From the NCBI RefSeq assembly GCF_964194025.1, contig NC_134473.1, positions 74,648,001 through 74,712,000 of the forward strand: 64,000 bases of DNA, in the 5' to 3' direction. Shown here one piece after another: positions 50,201 through 60,687 of the stretch (its first letter is position 1; each line of letters begins with the position of its first letter). Origin of the DNA: Convolutriloba macropyga. Lineage: Eukaryota. The notes under the pieces are model-generated. The model was not told the DNA's origin, did not search any database, and was given only the letters and a program-made list of their open reading frames with translations. A program made the position numbers and the translations under genes.

Positions 50201-53200
50201 TTATAAATAAACAGAAAAGGTCATTTTTGAATTATGAACACCGAATAATTGAATAAATAGATAGATAGATTAATAGATAGAGAGGTAGGAAAAGCACACA
50301 TCATGAACTAAATTTAAATTCACGCCACGTTAATTGGTCGAATTGAATTTGGCCTGGGTCGTTCAAAAATTTGGCCTGGGTTCCTCAAAATTTGCCCTGG
50401 GTCATTCAAAAGCTTATTGTAACATACCTTTTATTGTTACATTCGCATAAACATCAACCACTTTTCAATGTAACATTCGCATAAGGATGATTGAGTATCT
50501 CATTTCTTTGACTGCTAGCAAGCATAATTTGAACAGATACAAGTTTATGGTAGGTAGCACATGGCGAAGAAAATCGGTAAAAAATTCTTACTTAAAAAGC
50601 TAAAAAAGTATAACCAACGCTGGCCGATTGCTTCGTAGAGCTGTAGTCTGAAAATACCAAAAAATGCGACCTAAAAACCATGACAAACACTAACTGATGT
50701 CTAACTTGATTTGGACTTCTGTATTGTTTTCAAAAGTTGCTCTCAAATAACCTTCAATTATATTGATATACCCCCATTTGACGATCACTGCTCATATTGA
50801 AGTAATTGAAGGCATTTTGAGAAGAGAGTGAGGAAAGTCTTGACTTAAAATGTATCCATGCAAATGAAACAAAACTCGCTTCAATAAGTTTCAATAATGA
50901 CACGCAAGCCTCAGTACAAAATTGTATCAAAAAGTGAACAAAAATGATTTGAAGTGGTCATTGGAAGTCCTGAACTCAAGTCACTAACTGAACACCAACA
51001 AAACCTAGCAAAGTCAGAACAGCCATTTAGATAAAATTCCGATTAAAAAGCTCCAGTTAAAACAAGCCAAAACAATCCGAACGTGAACAATAATCATTAT
51101 CACAAAAATAAATTTTTCAAGTACCGTTTTGTTAATCAGCTTGATTCGAGTGAAAAAAATTCACGTCACAAAAGTATTCGCTTTGTTTTGCTCCACTTCT
51201 TGTTTTAGCTTGATCAAAATCACCCATCCATTTTGACTTCAAATATCAAACATAACCGACAAAAACGTCGGAAGAACTTCTTTCGAACGACTAGTGCGAG
51301 CTCTAATCAATTGCAGCCTGCTTCAGTCGGGGGGGGGGGGGGCTAAATCGGACTAAAAAGCTCAATAGTAGGCTTCAAATAACCACATTAGTGGTTGACA
51401 TATACCACTATTAAAATTTAAAATGAAAAATGGCACCAGTTTCGGCGCACTTTTCAGTTGACTCTTAGTACTAAATTGCCGCCAGTTGAGTTCAGCTGTT
51501 TGAAATTGTGATTGAGAGAGAATTTTAGATCACGCGAAACGCAAAAAGTCAAGGGCGTAAAAGTCATTCGAAAAGTCAAAGCCCTCAAGCGAAAGTTTCG
51601 CATAAAAAGACACACACGTTTACAATAATTGCTATGAGCTTCGTTCAAGAGCAATTAATAAGAAGTGTAAACAGATCTTGAAAAAGAAAAAGTAGCTAAG
51701 ACCAAGAGACGGCCAAAAGTAGCTTGCTCTCCTCAGCAATCGCAGCTATTAATAAAATTTATATTGGTATCCAAACTGTTTGCAAACAATGCTTGTTCGG
51801 CTGCCGTAAATTGACTTCAGCGGCTGAAAATTGTGAATTGAGTAATTTAGATGACGCACAACTTAAAGAGATCAAGGGTGAAAAAATCAGAAGGAAGTCG
51901 ATGAAGGAAAAAAATCCCATTAATAAAGACACGCATGACATTAATACCTTCGCACTTTGTTCGAAAGCAGTTAAAAGACACACTACTGCAGTAACTGCAG
52001 CAAACTTAATTGGAGAGCAGTTAAACACTTAAATCGTTTAAACAGGTACTGTCAGTTTATGGAAAACATCTTCGGTCACGATGAAATCGGTCCAAACTGA
52101 TTATCGGGACAATTAAGAATTAGGAGATCGCTTAATGATCAAGTTGACCAAACTTCACACGTGACTCAATTACTGCTGCTCGTGGTAAATTACAGTTCAC
52201 CATTTGTATTGTCAATATACAAAAAAAATATCAAATAGAAACATACAAAGCTCTTCAAAAAATGACAGTTTTATCATTTAGAACTTCGGTTGTGTGCTGT
52301 TTTTTTGTCGCCGATGAGTTTTTACTGACAGGCTAAAATCGTCTTTCAAAAAACTATATACTATTGAAACTGATTAATTAATATTTCTCAATAACAAAAC
52401 AAATCGATTACGCAAAACCAATCTTTAGTTCGTAAGAACCGCAGTGATATCACTATTAGCCATTACCAAAAACCAAAACAGGGCATGAAAATCAATGGAA
52501 ATTACAATTGTAAGCTCGCAATTTTAATTAACATTGAATTGGACGGCGGTTCACTGGCAAATTTTAAAGAAGCCACCGTATTATACTAGCAAATTAGCAT
52601 CCTTTAAACGGTTTTATTTTTGCGCTATTTTTTATCTCGAACCCTGCAAAGATGGCTCGTCTGCCACTGCCAAGTGTCGGCTAGTTTGGGATAGAATGCA
52701 GTCCACCTCTCATTCCCAGCCAGAGACTGTCTAACTGCGGCCCTCTCAGCCACACTCGGGTAGGGCCAGATATGGAAAACTTGGCTTAGAGTTCCCACCT
52801 CTGTTCGCCAAGAGCCAAGCGGCTACAATCAGGTTCCAAGGAACTGCTGCTAAATTTGAATTCATTGCCAAAATCTTTTTTATTAATGTTGCACTGTGAA
52901 CATACTGCACAATTAAAAAAAATTCGAAGTAGAGACTACTAAAGTTATAAAATAGGTATAACCAACCAAAAAAAGCAGAAGCTTTCTGTGAGTTTTCTGT
53001 GTCTTACTTGCCGGAGCAACATGTTTTCTCAGCATAGGATTTTTCACTATAGGAAAAGTTTCACAAACAACACTCACAATTACCATCACTTGGGGAATTC
53101 AAAAATTAGAAAAAGAATGTCATTCAAAAAATAATCGAGTCAAAAAATAATGGGTTAAAATATTTTGCAGTACAGCTACAGTTCCTTGGACGCTTTCAGC

Positions 53201-53361
53201 CTCTCTTTGAAATCATCCGAGCTATTCAATTTGATAAATTCTGGGAATTTCTTCGGATGACACTGGTATACCCGTACTTCATATAACAGGTCACTGGAAG
53301 CAGAATTACTAACAAACCTTCGTGACAATTTTGAAACAAACTGAAGTCTATGATTCAACAT
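47215..53361 (-). CDS. NIPSNAP-family mitochondrial protein (NIPSNAP3-like); exons 53361-53185, 52822-52643, 47804-47658, 47373-47215 (220 aa); intron 1 apparently GA-AG
   Basis: Transit-peptide-like start, LYEVRVYQCHPKKFPEF..RLKASK/PLGSWRTEVGTLSQVFHIWPYPSVAERAAVRQSLAGNERW, C-terminal LIYPLPVSPMQ*; all exons are multiples of 3. Confidence 0.85.
48181..48743 (-). mobile_element. Complete HINE-like family 1 copy, inverted relative to 22240-22799
   Basis: caggacaagtcctg (48191-48204) plus tacaattcaaag; palindrome tacaattcaaa-ttc-tttgaattgta (48719-48743); interior is the reverse complement of the 22.2-kb copy. Confidence 0.8.
48749..50153 (-). mobile_element. HINE-like family 1 derivative with different internal sequence, abutting the previous copy
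   Basis: caggacaagtcctg at 48749-48762 and terminal palindrome at 50129-50153; interior resembles 32400-33370 and 43050-43690. Confidence 0.6.
51400..51657. repeat. Dispersed repeat (~260 bp), second copy at ~56770-57017
   Basis: Shared tataccac..tttcggcgca..gttgagtt.agctg..aaagtcaagg..cgaaaagtcaaa..cttcgttcaagagcaatt. Confidence 0.75.
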
Positions 53362-56300
53362 ATTACAGGAATGCCCGCAGAGTAATTACGAATGAGAAAA
53401 CTAAAATATTTAGTTCAGTTTAATGTTTGTCAGAGATAAAGTTGAATGTCTCCAGATGAAGGTGAATGCGTGACTAAATTAAATAACACAAAATCACTCT
53501 CGTAGCTTCTCGTAGACTTTCGTAGCTTAAGCATGATTAAAGATAAACACAATTGTACGTAATCGAACTGTCAGACAACCAGGGTGGACGCCGTATTGCC
53601 CAACAGGGCGATTAGCCGACAACGCAAAAAATGAGGAATTAATATTAAACAGTCGGCTAAATTTCTCATATTTTCCTTGTCGACTAAACGCCCTGCCGGC
53701 CAATTTTCCGAGCACCAAAAACCAGACTCAATCGCATGAAAAAGAACAGATATCAGCGTACCAAAAAAATGCTGGATAGAGCCGGGACTGGCCGCTGAAA
53801 TTGCCAATCAAAAGTATGAAGTTTAACAGAAATAACGTTTGTTAAATTCAAAGCATTTAACTTTTGTTATATTTGCTATTACAAACGGTTAGTCTTAATT
53901 CTATCTATCGTTGAATATGAATGCAAAATTTTGCAAAATGACTTGGACGCTCAGAAGATTTACAAAAGATACTAAGAACGAGAAAAATGGTTACCCGACG
54001 TGGGTGTTGATTTTTCACGAAAATAGGTCTTAAGCTTGGGTAAAAAGTGGCGATTTCTTCAATCGAGTCTCTATTCTCGCGTCCAAATACTGAACCCACT
54101 TTCGAGCCGGCGGCTTTAATTTTCATTTCACGTATAACCGGGAATTTTCGGTTTCCTTTTAGAGCATGAGACAACCCTTCATTAAAATTTAACGGGAGGC
54201 TCAGATCTATCCTCATTTGAGCTGAAATCCTGCAACGAAATACAGCTAAAGCCATTCTGAGAGCAGTTGTATGTGTAAAGATAAAAATTAATGTACCTAG
54301 CAAAGAAAACTCACTATAATGAGCGACTAATTTCCCCGCGGATACAATTCACCTATCGCAGCTGTAAATACGAACACGCTTTAATTGGGTTGTGTGAGAG
54401 CGCGAGAAAAAGTAGGTGTACACAAAGTTTCTCTAAGGGAGCGAAATTTCTTGATCGTGTGCAGACTTTTCCAAGCAGTTCTTTGAGTTTACACCTTACA
54501 TTGTTTTTTGGGTTAAGTCGTTTTTTAAACCATATTGACAAGCAACTGTACAATTGCGGTCATTTTTGACCTTATTCTCAATCATATATCAGAGTTTTAT
54601 ATGCAATCTTCAGCTTTTTCCTGATTTCCTTGTTAAGCCTTTAGCGGTTTTTGTTCTCCTTTTCATGTTGTTTGTGCATAAGGTAATTTCCTTGGTTGAA
54701 ATACGTTTTTATGTTGGTTTTCATGACCTTTTGATTTCGGTAATGACAGAATAAAATCGTTTTAGTTGACAAAATTACGCTAATTATAAAGTTTTTGCGT
54801 AGTTTCTCTGATTTTGAATTTTTTTCCTCATTCTCCTGTCTTTATGGCTCTCAGATTATTTTTAAGATCAATTGGATCAATTGTTTAATTAGCATTGTTG
54901 AAAACAATTGAGCTAGTTAGCTGTAAAACAAGTAAACAATTAAAGGTCTGTTAGCACATATTTTTATAAATTATATAACCAATTTCGCAGTTTTTGTAGT
55001 TTACATTTCTCGCTGGTCTTTTAAATGTTTCCAATGCTTTTGGTCGTCGCTAGGGTACTAAATGAATCAACAGGAACTGTTTCTTAAGGTGTTTTGAAAA
55101 CAATTTTTGAGACGTCGAAAATTTTAGAGAATATTATTGGAAAATTTAAGTTTTTTGTCCGTATTTCTTTTCTTTTTTCTCGGTTTTCTCCTTTTTCGTT
55201 GTTTATGCTGCATCGTTGTTTAAGTTTTCCCGGCATCTGACATTCTTTTGTTGAACACAATTTTATTTTCCCGGACAATCTAAGCAATGCCTTTCAAAGA
55301 TGCTTTTGCAGTTCAGTTTATGAAATGTTTCGAAGAACTTACCTTATTTTACTCTCGAGCCACAAACTTCAATTTCGAACAAGAGCAATTGAAATCAGTC
55401 AAAATGGAGAAGTGAATCGCACAATGTTATAGAGAATGAAATCACACAATGTTCTAGAGCAGAAGCAAAAATTTTGCATAAAAACTGACCACCACGGTTA
55501 CAATAATTTCGTTCGAGAGCAATTTATCTCTGATACTCAAATAAACTACAAAAAGTTGGCTCCTTTTAGTATAATACAAGTGCGCCTGAAAACAACAAAA
55601 ACCTTTCTTCTATTCATGAACAATAGGAAAATTTTCAATAAATTGGCCAAACTCGTTTAAGAAAATTTGGATTCTCAACCATTCTATCCTATTTATCAAT
55701 AAAACTGTAATCAGTTGGTAGCTAAAATTTATCTGTGCAAAAGGTGTATTTCGATTCCCAATGAATGGAATAAAACGAAACAGTAGCAAATAAAAGTAGC
55801 CGGCAGACTGCTGGAATAACTGTGAAACAGACTTGCATGTCGTATAATAGATAAAAAGATACAAGTTTAAAGAAAAGGCTATCGACGCCGCTAAAAAAAC
55901 CTATGTAAAACACATTTAGCCATAAATTAACCATGCTTGATCACTTCGCAGCAGACTTTATATTAGGGAACTATATTACACATATGAGTTCCTTTGACCT
56001 TCAACTAATTCAAATTAAAAGAAATTAGAGCAAAAAAATTTCACGCCGCAAAACCACTTGCTTTTTCGCTCCACTTCCTGTTTCAGTGGGACTATCATCA
56101 CTTGACGTTGACCTCAAAAATCATGAAAATGTCTGAGCAGATCTTAAAAATCAAGAAAGTGTAGCTGAATTCTAAAAACCCAGAGCACCGCAATATAGCT
56201 CCGCTCAGCTTACAGCTTTGCCGCTATAATATCTAAATTTGCTTTAAAACCATCAAAAAAGCAGAACAGCCTCCAAATTTGACAGAACCCCAATTAATAA

Positions 56301-58173
56301 CCAAAAACCTAGTATTAATTACTCATATTAATTGCCCATAAACTTCAGAACACTATCAAACCAAACCTAATAAATAACTAATTAAAGTCTCACACCTCAT
56401 TTTCTCCAGTTCTGTTAATCTAAAGAAAATTGTAAAAAGATTTTTTTTAAATAAAGCCCAAAGAATCTGGAATCGGCTCGAAGTTAAATTGATCATACAA
56501 CCTAGCCAACCAATAACTGATGAAGCTATTGACTTCATTATGCCACTCATTTTAAGAAATTATCTTAATGAAAATTTTGCTGGCAAAGCATTTTTTGGTA
56601 ACTTTGATGGAAAGCGTTGCATATAATAAATTGTCAGGTATCACTCATTTGTGTTCAACAAATGATGGAAAATATAGACAATAAATCTCGAAAAGGAAGA
56701 AAACCGAGGTAACCAAAATCTCTAAGAGGGGCATTAAATGACGTCATCAGAGGTTATTATATACCACTATATACCACAAATAAAAATTAAAGTAAAAAAT
56801 CCAATTTCGGCGCAATTTCATTTGACTTTTAGTAGTAAACTGCCCCCACTTGAGTTAAGCTGCTGACACTTGTAAATGAGAGCAAAATCTAAATCACGCA
56901 AAACAAAGTCAAGGCCGTATAAGTCACTCGAAAAGTCAAAATGATCAAGAAAAAATTTTGCAAAAAAACAGCAACACGTTTACAATGAGTGCTTCAAACT
57001 TCGTTCAAGAGCAATTAAAAGAACTGGAACATTAAGCCTTTATTTTAATATTAACTGAATTTGATATAAACAAAATCAAAAAGCCGCAAACATAAAAATT
57101 ACTTTCAACCAAAACAATTATCCCAGACACTAAAAAATGAAAGAGTACAAGAACCGCTGAAGAAGCTTCTAAAACGGCGAAATCAAATACTAGCTCAAAA
57201 TTTCTTATAAAACTCTAATATATGCTTAATGTGGTCAAAATTGATCCCAAATGTACAGTGACTTGTTAATGGGGTTTAGAAATTAAATTAAATTAACCCG
57301 AAAAAGTAAATTAAAAACTAAAAAACTGCTTCGAAAAAGTTGCACGTGATCAAAAAAATTTGCTCTTTTAGCGAAAACTTTTCACACCTACTTTTTTTGC
57401 TCTCTCTATCAAAAAACGGCCTGTACATAAAATCCCTCTCTCCTCTTCAATTCGTTCAGCCGTTTGATCGAAACACTTACTATTCACGTGCGGCATTCAC
57501 ATTTACATCCTGTTTTGAATACTCCAAAAAACTATCGATTCAAAAAAGACGCATCACCAATACTCCTCGTCAAGTCGTAATAAAAAACACCACCCCAATA
57601 CAATTCAAATTCTTTAAATTCTTAAAAATAGGAGCGATATCAAGGCATTTGGGCATGCGCCAATTTCAGTTTCCATCTTACCATTATTCAATACGCATTT
57701 TCGACAGATTTAAAACACCTAAATGCTTTATGCAGACGTGCAACTAAGAGGGACATCAGATAAGTCAAAGTTCACCCACAGTTTGAGAGACGTAATTTCA
57801 ATTTCTTTTATCTACCGTAACAATTTTTGTCTACTTGTTATTTATGATCGACTATCATAACTCTCTTTAACTGCAGATCCTTCTCAGCAAATAATGTCGT
57901 ATTTCTTTATTTAAGAAAACTCATCGTAGAAATGTCAACTCAAAAACAACATCAATATATTAAAACACGACAATTTTTGTTGATCAATTGATCGGAAACA
58001 GAATATTGCAAGTCGAGTTTTGCTACTCATCACATAGTAATAAAATAATATGACTTAAAATGTTGTTTGTATGATACTGTTAAATCATGCCTAAGCATCA
58101 AAGAGGAATTCGCCTCAAATAACAACGCCTAAGCAACACGAATTTGAACGAAACAAAGAAATTTCTCCAGAAG

Positions 58174-58593
58174 TTAATAGCCCCCTCTTCCGGGACCACC
58201 TCGCCCACCAGGAGGGCCACCTCGTCCACCGCCCATTCCGCGACCTCGACCTCTTCCTGCGGCAGCCTGAGCTCTTAAGATTCCTGATTTTCCTCGCCCA
58301 GTGCCCATTCCAACACCTTTCTGGCCGCCCCTCTGCATAGTTTTAAACATGGGGGCATTTTTCAACATATCAGGGAGAATGAAAAATCGCACTTTCGAGC
58401 CTCTGATGAATATGTGCTCTAATTGCGCTGTTCGTCCGTTTCTATAAGTTACATGTACTTGAGACATTTGGCAGTTCATATTGTCCTCGGCCTCTAGAAG
58501 TTTACCACGATAGACTTCTCCGGTTGCCGTTTCAATAGTAATCACATGACCTTCAGCCTCATGTAGAATTTTTATCGGAACACCAATAGACAT
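58174..58593 (-). CDS. SNRPD3: Small nuclear ribonucleoprotein Sm D3
   Basis: [43 protein letters not shown]...[23 protein letters not shown] plus RG-rich tail; single-exon CDS. Confidence 0.98.
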   Translation of the reverse strand: MSIGVPIKILHEAEGHVITIETATGEVYRGKLLEAEDNMNCQMSQVHVTYRNGRTAQLEHIFIRGSKVRFFILPDMLKNAPMFKTMQRGGQKGVGMGTGRGKSGILRAQAAAGRGRGRGMGGGRGGPPGGRGGPGRGGY

Positions 58594-59654
58594 AGCTTCT
58601 GAAAATACAGCTTTGTGTTATAACTGTGAAGGGGTTCTCTCAGTGTTGTTATTGATTCTGTTGTCAAGATTAAAATAATGGCCACTTTTACAAAAAGATT
58701 GGCCAAGCAGCTCGATTTGCCAAGTAGCAATTATTTTCAGAATATCTTCCATTGACCACGACATTATAACTTCCCTGCATCAATAAATTACAAAAATTGA
58801 GGCAGCATTTAATTTGATGCTTGACGACTGTCAGAATTAATACTTGTATGTAGGAGTTGAGTCCCCCCCCCAATTTGTAGTAAAGGATTTAGGGCATTGC
58901 GCCCATTAGTTTGCACCCCTTGAGTCACTCTCCAGTTTATCTTTGGTCTATTCTGAGTTTTGAGATCGGATTACAGTTCCCACATCTGTAGTCTACTCTC
59001 CACGTGCATCTGTCTTCCTCGAAAAAATTCCAGTAGATTTTCGTTTAAGTGCATTTATTTAACTGATTTCCGTATTGTCTGCACACCTTGAGTAGGTTGT
59101 TGAGCAGTGTCTTTGTTCGTAAGAAAAAATTATCGAACGATATAACATCAGCCTGCAATTGAAGCAAAAATTGAAAAAAAAACGTGCGAAATGACTACTG
59201 TCACCGACATGACTTCTTTTTGTCGAAAACGAACGGAAGTTATTTACGACAAGACCCTCAGAACACAAAACACAATCCATACAGACCACTCGCAATCAAA
59301 AGAAACTAATATATTTAATCTAAATCAAAATAACAAAAAACATGTTTTTTGTTATTAGCATATTCCAACGATAACCCCCACCGAAATTAAGCTGTTTTTG
59401 ATAACATATTTTCACGCCCAACCATATCAGGCAGCGAATTCAACCCCTGAAAAAGCTAAGTATTGCTCTAAAAATTTGATTGAAATGGAAAATAATTGAT
59501 CTGCACCATGAATTTTTTTTTGAAGTTTCAGTATCCAAAGATCTAGAAATTTTACAAAAACAGTCCAAATGTAACAGCAAGAGAGTTCGCAAAGCATCAC
59601 AAGAGACTGAAAGCAGATTCAAAGATCAAAAGACACTCTTTAAAAATTTATCTT

Positions 59655-60087
59655 ATTATTTACCCGCACGCTCTGTTTTCGGTTTTGGGTTTTTACCCGC
59701 CCCAGATCCCCCGGTCGGTTGCCCTCCCAACCCTCTGCAATTTCTTTGATTTGGTTTTTGGGTTTTACCCGCCCCAAATTCCCCCCGGTTGGTTGCCTTC
59801 CCCCTCCCCTTCGCTTTCTTTGCTTTTGGTTTTTGGGGTTTTACCCCCTCCAAATTCCCCCCGGTTGGTTGCCTTCACAACCCCACGCGCTTTGTTTGCG
59901 TCTTCGTTTTGGGGTTTTACCCACCTCAAACCCTCCCAGGTTGGTTGCTTTCCCATCCACCCGCTCTTTCTTTGCTTTCCAGTTTTGGGTTTTTATCCGC
60001 CCCAAACTCCCTGTTCTTCCAAACCACTCACGCCATCTTTGCTTTTCGTCTCTTTTGGGTACCAAACAAACCTCAAATTCCCCCAGC
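59655..60087. repeat. ~60-65 bp minisatellite, about 6-7 diverged units, C-rich on the + strand
   Basis: Recurrent ttttgggttttacccgccccaaattccccccggttggttgcc. Confidence 0.9.
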
Positions 60088-60194
60088 TTTATTACTCTCT
60101 TAACCTTTCTGCATTTCATTAATAGGCGTGAACTTATTGGTAAAAGATACTACAGGTAGATTGCAAGTATCCAGCAACAGAGTTACCGGTCATT

Positions 60195-60560
60195 GGAACG
60201 TAAGTATAATTAGTTATATGTAGGTATAAGCAGGTATAGGTAAGTATAAGTAGGTATAATTAGGTATAAGCAGGTAGAGGTAGGTCAAAGTAGGTATAGG
60301 AAAGTAAGTAGACATAAGTTGCAGCAGGTAGGTAGAAGGTATTAGGTAGGTGAAATTTGGGAGCCTGGAGGTAAGTATAATTGGTATACGTTTGCAGGTA
60401 AGTTAGCAAGTGTTTGTTAGTTGGATTATTAACAATCCGTCATTAGATCTACTTTGTATAGGTTTCTAGCAGATATCTAGCAGGTAACATGTAGGCATTT
60501 AACAGGTAGGTAACTGGTATATTTAGAACACCTAGATAGCGACGGTAAGTAGCCCTTCAA
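60195..60560 (+). repeat. Low-complexity (T)AGGTA/AAGTA-rich tract upstream of the BEL gag
   Basis: Dense aggta/taagta/taggt motifs. Confidence 0.75.
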
Positions 60561-60687
60561 ATATATTTGTACAAGATAATTGCCCAGCAGTTAGTATTTT
60601 GGTGTTTCTTATCTGGTGGGAGGTACATAAGCCAAAAATAAAAAAAATTTCTCCAGCAAGGTAAAGAAAACAGTCTATGTTTTAGTC

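Noticed and set aside
53905-57747. ORFs of 130-135 aa at 53905-54303 and 57340-57747
   Set aside because: No recognisable motifs or splice structure; the latter overlaps a repeat terminus.
59656-60159. Several overlapping 60-146 aa ORFs on both strands
   Set aside because: Products of the stop-poor minisatellite; no protein family signal.
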